DNA of 60,940 bases, counting the filler, from Sluysia triapertura (taxonomy: Eukaryota): NCBI GenBank assembly GCA_046118255.1. It is 5 parts of 5 records of this genome, joined end to end, with 100 filler letters (N's around TTAATTAATTAA, not from the genome) between each part and the next. Parts side by side here need not be neighbours in the genome. Positions count along the whole stretch, not along the records: positions 38,352 to 49,867 come from JBJNIA010183901.1; 4 more parts are not named here. The stretch is one strand, 5' to 3'. Position numbers and translations under genes: made by a program. Under the pieces are notes generated by a model. The model was not told where the DNA came from. It saw nothing but the letters and a program-made list of their open reading frames with translations, and did no database searches. Shown here piece after piece: positions 38,860-49,967 of the stretch. How positions within the stretch are numbered: position 1 is the first letter of the stretch; the number at the start of each line of letters is the position of its first letter.

Positions 38860-39934
38860 CGATCTTCTGTATGTGTCACCGTTTTCATGTTCTGTTCCAC
38901 TATCTGAAGAAAAACATTATTTATAATATTATTACAATGAGCAAGTGAATTAATTACTTCATGAAATTTCATAATAGATTTATTGCCAAAAACTAAGGCT
39001 CTCGTCTAATTCGTTAATTTCTGATTCGCAGGCCGTGTGGGTGTAACGACAATTAACTCCATTCTCATGCACACTCCATAATTATCTGTGGAGAATGAGC
39101 AAAAAGCGATGATTTTAGCTTTGTAAGCATCTTGTTTACTGACATTAATTTCGTGGTGATCATTGCTATCATCTTTATATTGTTCGACTTTATAATGATC
39201 ATCTTTATAGTGGTTAACATCATTACTACCATCCTTATATTCTACAATTCTATAATTATCATCTTTACAATGCTTAACATCGTTGCTATCATCTTTAAAT
39301 TCTTCGGCTTTATGATCATCATCATCATCATCTTTATAATGTTTAAACTCATTGTCAGCATCTTTATGATATGTAGCCACTTTATCATTTACTTTATTAT
39401 CTTTGTTGACATCATTATCGTTTATTGATTCTCTTTTGGTACCGAATTCTTCATGACATTTGGATTTAGGAGAAAACATGAATAAGTTTATATCATTTAT
39501 ATTCGAAGTCTTCACAAAATAAATTGAGCTGTTAAATTGTTGAAATTTTTCTGCCGGTCTGTTAAAAATATTTGTGATTTTTTAATAAGTTGCCAACTAT
39601 AATCTACTAAGAAAATCTTATAAATTCAACATGTTGACAGAAATAATTATGTTACATTGTAGTTGTGCATGTAACTCTTTTAACAAAAGCAATCGCTGAT
39701 TGGTCATTCAATCAACAGTGTTTTCATGATAATAGCAGTACTTGATGATTTGGCTGGATGGTCACTACAATTTAACAGAGGATGAAGAGAGACAAGCCAC
39801 CATCAATGTTGACATTTATTTATACACAGTGATTAGTTTTGTCAACATGGATGGTGGTGATTGCTGATTTATTTAAAAATTAATATTTAAAAATAAAATT
39901 AATAAAAATATAAAACTTTATTATAATATAAAAC

Positions 39935-39974
<40 letters not shown>

Positions 39975-40798
39975 GTTACCACATAAATTCTTTGTTATCT
40001 TCATAATCTTGCTCTTATATCCTTGATTTTCTTAACATATCTAAATTAAAAGTAAAGAGGAAAAGGAACTTTTAGGAAGATCAAGAATTTATAATGTAAC
40101 ATCTTAAAGATATAAGATATTGCTTTAGTTGAAGATAAGCTTGAACAATGAAAAGTTTTGATTTGTTTATTTCTAATTAAAATTGATGTTTGAATTGAAT
40201 TATAACTGTACCGTAGTGCTTTGAATGAAAATAATGTTTCAAGCTGAAGGTGTAATAAAGTATTAATATTTACAATTGCCTTTGGGTGCTGATTAATGTT
40301 TTTGAGTGAAGGTAATGTTTGAAAATTAGGATTTACTGGTATAAGATCATGAATTTATAATGTTTGATTCGTTATGGATATGTATGTTGATTAATTTCGA
40401 ATGTTATACAGGCGTAGTTTGACGTATAAAAGTAGGTAAGTTATAGTCTAACTTTTATACACTGTTGAGAATGTGGTTGTGGTTGGGTTGTTATGAGATG
40501 ATGAATCGCTTAATGTAAATTGATGGTATTATATGTTATGAGATTGTAGACTTGAAGTATTTTGAAAAGTGAGGGTTTATTATGGTGGATGTAAGGAGAA
40601 ATGAGATATAAAAACGGTTGTAATGAAGTTTACAAGGTTGTTTTATGTTATTAAAGAATATAATTTTATTTATGTTGAATTAGTTTTAAATAAATTTTAA
40701 AATGTGTATTGCATATTTTGAAAATCTAAGTGGTTTTAATATATTTGGACTAGAATCTTTTAGTAAAATTTATTAAAATTAATGGGTTGGCCACCACA
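38860..40798. mobile_element. Copy C of the twin-hairpin/DYKDD element
   Basis: Same terminus aatgggttggccaccaca (40781-40798), hairpins at 39697-39860, repeat ORF 39006-39515. Confidence 0.75.
39006..39515 (-). CDS. D/K/N/Y-rich repeat ORF (~20-aa unit) related to 2162-3060
   Basis: Repeats of KDDSNDVxHYKDDxYKVEQY; same position relative to the hairpins as in copy A; non-ATG start in the ORF track. Confidence 0.45.
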   Translation of the reverse strand: MKTSNINDINLFMFSPKSKCHEEFGTKRESINDNDVNKDNKVNDKVATYHKDADNEFKHYKDDDDDDHKAEEFKDDSNDVKHCKDDNYRIVEYKDGSNDVNHYKDDHYKVEQYKDDSNDHHEINVSKQDAYKAKIIAFCSFSTDNYGVCMRMELIVVTPTRPANQKLTN

Positions 40799-42160
40799 TC
40801 TTACTGTAAACAGTCTCCAACTGAAAGTTGTAGTCTTATATCATCTCTGACGTAAAAGACGGAAACGCGAAATCTCGATAAAAATTTAACAAAATCTAAA
40901 TTATATTCTTAAATTTTATTACATTTTATTGCAATAAAATAATGAAAATATAAAAAAATTGTCTTAACCTAAGTCATGTAAATGTNNNNNNNNNNNNNNN
41001 NNNNNNNNNNNNNNNNNNNNNNNNNNNNNNNNNNNNNNNNNNNNNNNNNNNNNNNNNNNNNNNNNNNNNNNNNNNNNNNNNNNNNNNNNNNNNNNNNNNN
41101 NNNNNNNNNNNNNNNNNNNNNNNNNNNNNNNNNNNNNNNNNNNNNNNNNNNNNNNNNNNNNNNNNNNNNNNNNNNNNNNNNNNNNNNNNNNNNNNNNNNN
41201 NNNNNNNNNNAATAAATTAATGATCAAGGTTTCTCTTAATTTAATTAAAAGTTTATATTGATATTGAACCAGGAATAATTTTTGGTTTTTAACAATTAAC
41301 AGATCTATGAATTTAATGCTGCGGTAACTGTAGGATAAAACTTAAAATAAATAATCTTACGACTTCATGGAGTAATTTTCATCAAATAATTTTCCACAAT
41401 AGCGTTTTGATAAATAATGTTCGTTAATTATTGTCCAATGGATTAGATGTAGAATACTGCTTAGAACTAATAGATCAAATAGCGGTTAATTGTCGAGCCT
41501 ATTCGTCAGCAATACGGTCGTACTTAGAATTTTTTATTGTGTGTGAAAATATCGTTTTACAATGCTTTTATATTCCACGAAGTCGTAAAAGAGCCATAAT
41601 TTTCAAAGAGAAATATTTAATAGTTTTTTAACCATAATTTTCAAATAAACTTTTTATTTCACATAAAATTTTGTATTATACATTCTTTATTTTTAAATTA
41701 TTAATTATTTACTTAAGTAAAATTTATTTATATATATTTTAAAATATACGACTATTTTACAAAACTATTAAAATTCATACAAAAACAAATTTAAATAATA
41801 TGAATTATTAAAAAAATAAAAAACATCTACATGGTATTTGCATATAAATATAAATATTTACATATATAAATATTAATTAATTTTTTTAATTAATTTATAT
41901 TTTATAATTATTAAGTTTGGAAAATTTAATAAATCATTCGAACAAAATTTTGTAATTAAAATTTAAAGAAAATGTAAAAAATTTAATGATTTTAATACGT
42001 GAATAAAAATAAAATATCCACACATAATGATAAATTCAAATGATACATAAATGTATTTTTGCGTTATTGTATATTTTTGAAAATTAAATTAACTAATGAA
42101 AATTTTACTTAAAGGAAAATATTATTGTTTAAATAATAAAAATTAAATAATAAATACAAA

Positions 42161-42826
42161 ATGAATTCAATAAAGAATAAACACATCTCAAATGCCTTGA
42201 TAAAAGCCCAAATGCATGCATTTTTCAAGAAGGAGCTTTCAGATTGCGGGTACGATTCGCTTGAATTACGAATTGCACCAAACAAAATCGAAGTCGTAGT
42301 AAAAGTTTTAAAAAGCCGGCTAGCAGTAGGAGATCAAGGAAAACGTGTTAAGGGAATGCAATTGTTACTTACAAATTGTTTAGATTTAAAGGAAAAACCT
42401 TTAACTATATTAATCGATCAGATTAAAGATAAAGAAATGTGCCCGGCAATTATTGCTTCTCTTTTGGCCAACAAAATTGAACAAGGTGTACCAGTACGTA
42501 AAGCAGTACAAAGTGCTTTAAATCAAGTTCAAAATTCAGATAAAGTTTATGGAGCAGAAATAATTGTTAGCGGAAAATTGACTGGTCAAAGGGCCAGGTC
42601 AACGAAATATACGACTGGATGGATGATAAACAGTGGTAATCCAGCCAATGAATTAATAAGACATGCAGTGCGCGCCGTTGAAACTAAGACTGGTGTAATA
42701 GGTTTCAAAGTGAGCATTATGATTAAACCTGAAAATGAATCAGGTTTAGTCGATAAAATTACAATCCTTCCTTCCAAAGAAGAAGACAAAGACGTTGAAA
42801 TCCGAGTTCAAAAGTACGAGGATTAA
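42161..42826 (+). CDS. RPS3: 40S ribosomal protein S3 (uS3), highly divergent, intronless, 221 aa
   Basis: KH-2 domain (ELSDCGYDSLELRIAP..GDQGKRV) and C-terminal S3 domain (GVPVRKA, GAEIIVSGKLTGQRARSTKY, GVIGFKVSIM); length typical of eukaryotic uS3; AAAATG start and TAA stop. Confidence 0.93.
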   Translation: MNSIKNKHISNALIKAQMHAFFKKELSDCGYDSLELRIAPNKIEVVVKVLKSRLAVGDQGKRVKGMQLLLTNCLDLKEKPLTILIDQIKDKEMCPAIIASLLANKIEQGVPVRKAVQSALNQVQNSDKVYGAEIIVSGKLTGQRARSTKYTTGWMINSGNPANELIRHAVRAVETKTGVIGFKVSIMIKPENESGLVDKITILPSKEEDKDVEIRVQKYED

Positions 42827-43920
42827 ATATATATTTTTTTTATTAATATGACAAAAAATTTGTTATCGAGAATTAGTCCAAATATTTATTAAATATATTT
42901 TATTAAATGTATTTTAATTTTTGAGTTTTAATATTTATGAGTTTCAAATTTTACATGTTTCATTAAATTGAAAATATTACCAATAAAGATTTTTCAGTAT
43001 TATTTACGAATGATATTTAAATGAAACAAATTAGAACAATTATTTGTTAATTTACTTTGAAATAGGATCGTTTTATTTTTTTAATGATTTTTAATGATCG
43101 AAAATAAATTAAATGTTCAACTCATTCTGATTATTGAAATAAATAATCAAAATACACAAATAATTTTAACAAATATTGATGTGTTCAAATTAATTCGAAC
43201 CAATTTAAACATCAGTTTTTCCAAGGCTAACTAACCGTGGCATATTTTGCAACGATATTTTCCAATTTATTTTATTAAATATTCTAGTGAAATTCAGAGA
43301 ATGCTTGTAGAATAATTCCAAATATTCATGAAAGTTTATTAAATATGTTTTAATTTTTGAAATTCAATATTTATGAGTTTCAAATTTTACATCTTCATTG
43401 CGCTCTTCTAAAATAATTTCTAACAATTGGCTACAATAATTGAAGAATTTGTCTTCGTCCTGTTAATGATTTAGCGCTAACGTCAGTGATCATCGCTTTC
43501 TATTTTAAAAGTATCATCAACATTCTATGATACACATTTCTTTAAACTAAATTCCATGTGTAAACCTTTGAACTAAATTTTTAGATTTCTTTCTCAAAAT
43601 TATCTAGTAATTCTTCCTTTTCAATAAAAACTCATTTCATTAAGAATAAAGTCTCGACATTTTTATTAAAATAGCATAAGCATCTATCAATTTGTTTCTG
43701 TTTAATGAATTTGCCATTAATAATTTGATATGTACTCTCTTCGATGAACTTAAATTCAATAAATCAATCAACGTTTAATTTTTGTTATTATTCGAATAAG
43801 AGCTTTAATATTGCTAATTATTTTAGCAACACGTACGGTAATTATATATTGCAAGACGCATTTTTATTGTACATGAAACACAATGCATAAGGTAATTGAG
43901 TATGTAAATTATCTGTAGAA

Positions 43921-43960
43921 TAGTGGTGTCAAACTCATACGCGCGAGGGCAAAACATTTG
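43921..43960 (+). mobile_element. hAT (Charlie/Buster-like) terminal fragment
   Basis: tagtggtgtcaaactcatacgcgcgagggc resembles CAGTGGTGTCAAACT..GCGGGCC termini; related end at 60866. Confidence 0.45.
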
Positions 43961-43974
43961 GTTCAGAACTAAAT

Positions 43975-44098
43975 TCGAACCCGGAACCTTCGCTGCGCAG
44001 TTCAAATGCTATACCACTGAGCTATCAGCGCCGTCTAACAATTTTATTTTATTATAGTCAACATACCATCACGGCACTTTAGGCCTTTTATCCCAACA
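43975..44098 (-). repeat. Dispersed copy of the tRNA-like unit (leader plus tRNA-like head)
   Basis: Reverse complement reads TGTTGGGATAAAAAGGCCTAAAGTGCC..TTGTTAGACGGCGCTGATAGCTCAGTGGTATAGCATTTGAACTGCGCAGCGAAGGTTCCGGGTTCGAA. Confidence 0.85.
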
Positions 44099-45624
44099 GT
44101 AATAATTAACTTGAAGAAATAGAAAAGGAATCAGAGAGATGAAGGTGAATGCCTCCTGAATGTCTTATAAACTACTAAAAACTTTATAACTTCAATAAAA
44201 CCTTTAAACATAAAATAAAATTAATCTAAAAATAGATTAGTTAATTAAAAATTTTAATTAACATAATTAAGAAAAAGTAAGTTTTTCTGAATAAATTTTG
44301 AATGCGGAATGCTATGTTGAATTTGAAACTGTATGTAATTGTTTTGAAAAGACCTTTCAAGTTCATCCAAGGAAAGCCTTAATATTGAGAAAAGTCAAAT
44401 TTTAATTAATTTTTAATTATGAAATATGGAATTTTTTATACTTAGAATTGAATATGAGATGATAACTATGAAAGAGGAGAATCTAGAAGTGAGTTCGAAA
44501 TGTTTGTAGAGTGGTTTGTTTGAGAATAAGAACTTTAAACATTTTTCATTAGAAATTGGGTGTGAGAAACCAAAAATCAATTAAATACTGAAAACTAAAA
44601 TTAAATTCATTATTTTATACATGTTAACAATAATAAAGATTATTATATTAATGTGAGAATTAATTAGACTGAGTAGATTAAAGGAAAATAATAGATAATC
44701 GTAAATCAATTTTTTGTGTTTCGTACAAGCTTTGACAGTCCGTACCATGTAACTCTCAAAGTTATTATTGTGGGATTAATTTTCAAAGAATGTTGCAGTG
44801 ATTTGTTTGAGAGAATGTTTAATCAAAAATTTTGGAATGATTGGATGATGAGAAAATATAAAAAAGGAATACCAAAATTTTTTACCTCACACAACACAAC
44901 AGTAACAACAACAATTAATAATGCAAATGAGAGGATCCATGCTTTAAGTAATTTTTGAATTTATCTTATAATTAAAAATAATATTATTTTGGGGGATTTT
45001 ATTAAAATAGTTTTTGTTTTTGTGCTGTTTTTGAGAATGTTTTTGTTATGTATGTTTGAGAAATAATCGTGAATAATAATTAATATTTTTCTTAGTGTTT
45101 GTTGCGTCACGCCTGGTTTCTTTAGATTGTTATGTCCTTAATACTATTATAAGCGTATTGTTAATCTTATTACTTTAGTCATTTTTTTGTATTGTTTAGT
45201 GGAGATTTATAATAATAATTTGTAATTGATTTTTGTTTAATCAGTAAATTATTTTGTTGTTATTGATTTCAAACGCTTAATTACTAAGAATTTATACTTA
45301 ATATAGTGACTACTTAAATTATTGAGATTTTATAAAAGTTAATTAAATAGATATTGATTTATCGTAGCTAATAATTTCTAAAGGAGCAACAGTAATACTC
45401 ATTCAAAAGTTATTCACAAAAATGTACTTTTTAATTAAGATTTTAATTAATTAGATTTATTTTTATATTTTTATTTTTAGATTTATTTTTATTTTATGTT
45501 TAAATGTTTTATTAAGGTCCTAAAGATATTTAGTAATTTATATGGTATTCAAGAGGCTCTAGATGTTTTCACCTTCACCTTTCTGATTCCTTTTTTACTT
45601 CTTCATGTTAATTATTATTATACT
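44098..45624. mobile_element. Non-autonomous element with ~210-bp imperfect terminal inverted repeats
   Basis: 44098-44310 (agtaataattaacttgaagaaatagaaaaggaatcagagagatgaaggtgaa..gaataaattttgaatg) is the inverted counterpart of ~45398-45624; interior 44800-44950 resembles 27314-27450. Confidence 0.75.
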
Positions 45625-46379
45625 AGATTTATTCTTAATACCAATAAGAATGATTTTTTTCTCAACTATTTTAAAGTTTTTAAATGCCCTAAATACTCGA
45701 TGAACCCAAATGCTTATCAAGGTTTCAAGAACAGCTAAAGATTAATAAGGTCGCCGATGATCAAAGGTACTCTAATACCTTCAAAGGCTTTTCAAGTCCA
45801 TTTCAAGCTTACGCAAGGTCTCAACACCTTATAGGTCTTTAGAACTCAAAAGTATTCTTAATCCAACAATATTTTATTGTTTCTATTGATCGTTTTGTAT
45901 TTGTATTGGTTCTACATGATTTTCAATCTTTTCTCTGATCCACAGTTGGGTAATTCCAACAAAAGTAGAGCCAGCCAAAATCTTACAATTTATTTTACAT
46001 TAATTTAAATTCAAAATCAAACATAAATATAAGCTGAATATTATGTTTTTCAGCGAAACAAATAAATTATTGATTATTTTATTCATTTTACAATGAAAAT
46101 TGCTTACGGCTAAACTGTATCTAAATGATAAAAATATAAAAATTAAAACTAATCAATAAAAGTATAATTAAAACGGCATTATAAAATAATTATATCAGTA
46201 AAATTAACTTTACTTTTTACTCAATTGGTACTTCATCATTACAAATATCATTGTTTCTAAATATTTATCTAGTCGAAGTTTCTAAATGTATTACAAACTA
46301 TAAACTATATAAATATTAGATATCTAAATTTTATATAAATGATATTGTAATGCCCGTGAACATCTTGGAGACTGGACTT

Positions 46380-47212
46380 TAGAAATAATAAGAATAAAAT
46401 GATCATTGTCTAAAATGAAATAATAATAAGTCGAAATACCGTACTTGAAATGTTAAACACAATGTTTCTTCATCAATGAAGCGAACTTTGCAAAATGTTT
46501 TAATGTTGATTGAAGTATTGGATTGTACTGAGAAAATAATGAAATTACCACTTGTGTCAATTATATCATATTGGTATTCGTAGGTTACGCTTGAAATTAT
46601 GGTCAGCATATAGTGAATAACATTCATATATTTTGTTAATAAACGCATTGTTATAAGAGCATCATGATGTAAAGTTTGTTGAAAAACTGGTGATACATAT
46701 GTATTAAAACTAAAATGATATTCTTATTATAACTTTTGTTAATTTTAAAAACTTCTTTAATATCTTTTCATCTTTGGATTAGATAGAGTCTTAATCTTTA
46801 TCATTTTAGTGGATGAAGCTGAACAGTTCTTCATTAATCTCAAACATTGCCGATCAATACTCCAAGGTTCATAGCTACTTTCGTCAAATAAATTCTAATT
46901 CCTCGGTAAACATCAATAAGATATAAAGTTTCATAACTAGGATTAAAATAATTAGTTATAGAGATTAATGTAAATAATCTTGAAGCGAAAGTAATATATT
47001 ATTGACAATTTTCCATTGCTGCTACGCTTACTTCTAATATTTCTCCATTATAATTATGACAGCGTTTATGTTGTAGATAATAAGATTGGTGGTATTAATG
47101 GTCGTACTGCAACATCATGATCATTAAGATGATGGTCAATGAGTAAGAGATGTGTCGATTGTTTTGAATTTATTTTAAAATCTTTAAGAATGTTATAAGC
47201 CTTTTTAAACAT
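46380..47212 (-). pseudogene. Possible decayed Cys-loop channel extracellular domain
   Basis: LLIDHHLNDHDVAVRPL (cf. L..LL..YD..VRP), LRLMKNCSAS..IKIKTLSNPKMKRY, YQYDIIDTSG, FHFRQ*SFY in a plausible order; many stops. Confidence 0.3.
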
Positions 47213-48978
47213 GATTTTTAAAATTGTCAATTTTTTACGATGAGAAATTCAGTTTAAGTTTTTGTGTTAAATAAACTAAAAATCAATTTTTAAATTTTAA
47301 AACGGCCAATAAAAAGCAACTGTTTCGTTGCTACATTAATTTTCACTACAAACAAAGCTGTCAAATGATGACAGAAAATAAATTATTAAATAATTAAAAA
47401 CTGTCAAAATTGACAGTTAAAATAATTAATAGAAATGATAATAATTACAATAATGATAATAATAATTAATATTGGTAATAATAATAATAATAAAAATGTT
47501 TGATTAAAATACTACTACTACTAATAATAATAATAATAATAATGATAATAATAATAATATTGATAATTTAACATCTTCTGATTTCTGATTATCTTTGTTT
47601 TCTTTATCTTCTTTTTGGTCCAAATCCTTTTAAGAATTTGAATTATTGTTTAATTTGTTATTATTGTTCTCAAAACCAACTTTCTTATTGCTTTCAGAGT
47701 CAACTTCCTTCAATGTATTTTCGGTTTTCTGACTTGAATCACATATATCATTTTATGAGCGTTTACTAAGAAGTTGCTTAGCATTTTCCATAAAATTCTT
47801 TTTCCGTGAGACTTTATCACACTCCATTTGTTGTTTTGTCACGTTGCTCACTTTATCATAAATTTTATTATCATTTTCATTAGTGGTCAACGAAGTAGTA
47901 TTTGAAACATTCATAAAAAATGTAATAGCAATGTTTTAATGTAATTCATAGTTTAGAATCTATTTAGACTAAGTAAGACAATTACATGAAAATAAAAATA
48001 TAGTCGAAAAAGTAATTAAATTAATGATATATAAATCCCATGTAGTAAGTACCGTAATACTGATATTTTTATAATTAAATGCATTGAACGAAACAATGTT
48101 TTATATAACATTATACATTGTGAAGTAAATTTAAGGGTGTTAAAGAAATTCCATTTTGTCTTTTATTATTTTTAAATTTCAAATACAAATTAAATGATTT
48201 TTGAAGTAGTGAATGCTTTGGTCGTTGTAAAAATATGATTTTTAGTGTAGTGTGATTTATTGAAATTTTGTGAAAAGATGTTGGCCACCCCAATATTTTC
48301 AGGAAAAAAATGATAAAATAAAGAATTTTGAAAAACTACAACATCCAGTTGCTTCGATTCGATATACTTTTTAATTGTCCATCCATATTATTACTATAAC
48401 CGCTTTTTTATATAATTTACGTGTATACATTTTTATTTTATAATTCATAAAATAATATTTTATAAAATAATATTTATTTTATAATTCATTTTTATTTTAT
48501 AATTCATAAAATAACTTAGGCGCTCATACTTTTTTCATAAGGTTGATTCTTAACCAAATATATATATATATATATTTAAAATCGGTTTTATTGATTTTTA
48601 ATTTTGAGCCCTTTTTAAGATGTTTTATGAGTGGTTTTTACAAATGTGTTTGTATGTTGAAAATAAGATATTTTATTAAAATCTATAGTCGATTAACTTT
48701 TAATTGAACAATAATATTTTTTGACAAACTATTTTAATATTTGTATTTTCTATCAATCGAAAAAGAGAAATTTAATATTACATATATTAAGTACACTAGT
48801 ACACATATCGAGACAAATCACGCTATTTCTATATTTACTTTTTATATTTACAATAATGGTCAAAAGATGTATCACAAAATATGGTACCATTATTGAATTT
48901 ATTTTTTTTGTTTGAAGGCTTAATTTAACTCAGCACAAAATATTTAATATTATTATTTAGTAAAGCATTCCTGTTTAA

Positions 48979-49207
48979 CCCCTTAACGTTCAAAAAACGT
49001 CCAAAAAAACTCATTTTTTTATTGCTGCATTATTTACTAAATTATATTTTAGTGTAAGCGTCTTATAACTAGTAGTTAGCACCTCGGTAACTAACGCAAG
49101 TTAATTCTAATACCAAACAACTTAATATATTAATCAAATTAACTCGAGTGTGCTCATTTCTGGAGGTTTACCTCGCTCGAGTTAATTCGAGTGTGCGAGT
49201 TAAGGGG
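48979..49207. mobile_element. piggyBac-type MITE
   Basis: TTAA-CCCCTTAAC ... GTTAAGGGG-TTTAA termini; internal ttaactcgag/ctcgagttaa palindromes. Confidence 0.6.
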
Positions 49208-49867
49208 TTTAATATTTTGAACTATCATGTGGTGACACTTATAAATTAAATTTTCACATAAAACAATCAAAACATTGTCCCACCTGACAGTTTGAATGGT
49301 TGGAGACTAAAGCAATAATTGAAAATAATGTTTACTAATAACGATAATAACAATAAAAATTAATAATAATAAGTGATAAAAATGAAGAATTTGCATAATT
49401 TTCTTTACATAAAACATTTCTGTTTCTTGATAATTCTCTATTAAAATAAAATTAGAATGAATAATAATAATGACAATAAAAGTAAATAATAATAGTGAAA
49501 TAAATAAAACTAATAATAATAATGTGAAAATTGAGGAACACACATAATCTTTCTAATTTTGAACATACTTCTCTTAGATTTTTCTCATTATTTTCTTGTA
49601 ATTTCAATTTCTTAAACTAAATGTTCTTATTAAAATGAAGAATAAAAAGCCTGCTTGAGGAAATAAATAGCATTGTTCTGAATGAAACAATTGCATTAAT
49701 TCTTGTATGTTTTGATATAAGTTTAAAATGTAAGTTTGATCATTTTTGATGTTATGAGTGATTTATGAAGAATAAAAAGGTGAAATATTGGTGAAAAGTG
49801 ATTTTTTATTATATTGAATTAATTTTAAAATTCTGAGTAAAAGGTTAATTATATATATATATATATA

Positions 49868-49967
49868 NNNNNNNNNNNNNNNNNNNNNNNNNNNNNNNNN
49901 NNNNNNNNNNNTTAATTAATTAANNNNNNNNNNNNNNNNNNNNNNNNNNNNNNNNNNNNNNNNNNNN
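49868..49967. other. Artificial contig spacer
   Basis: Same construct as 12081-12180. Confidence 0.97.

Noticed and set aside
46403-46900. Protocadherin reading of IDRQC..C and SPVF
   Set aside because: Lacks DxNDN/LDRE calcium-binding motifs; a Cys-loop reading fits slightly better, and both are weak.
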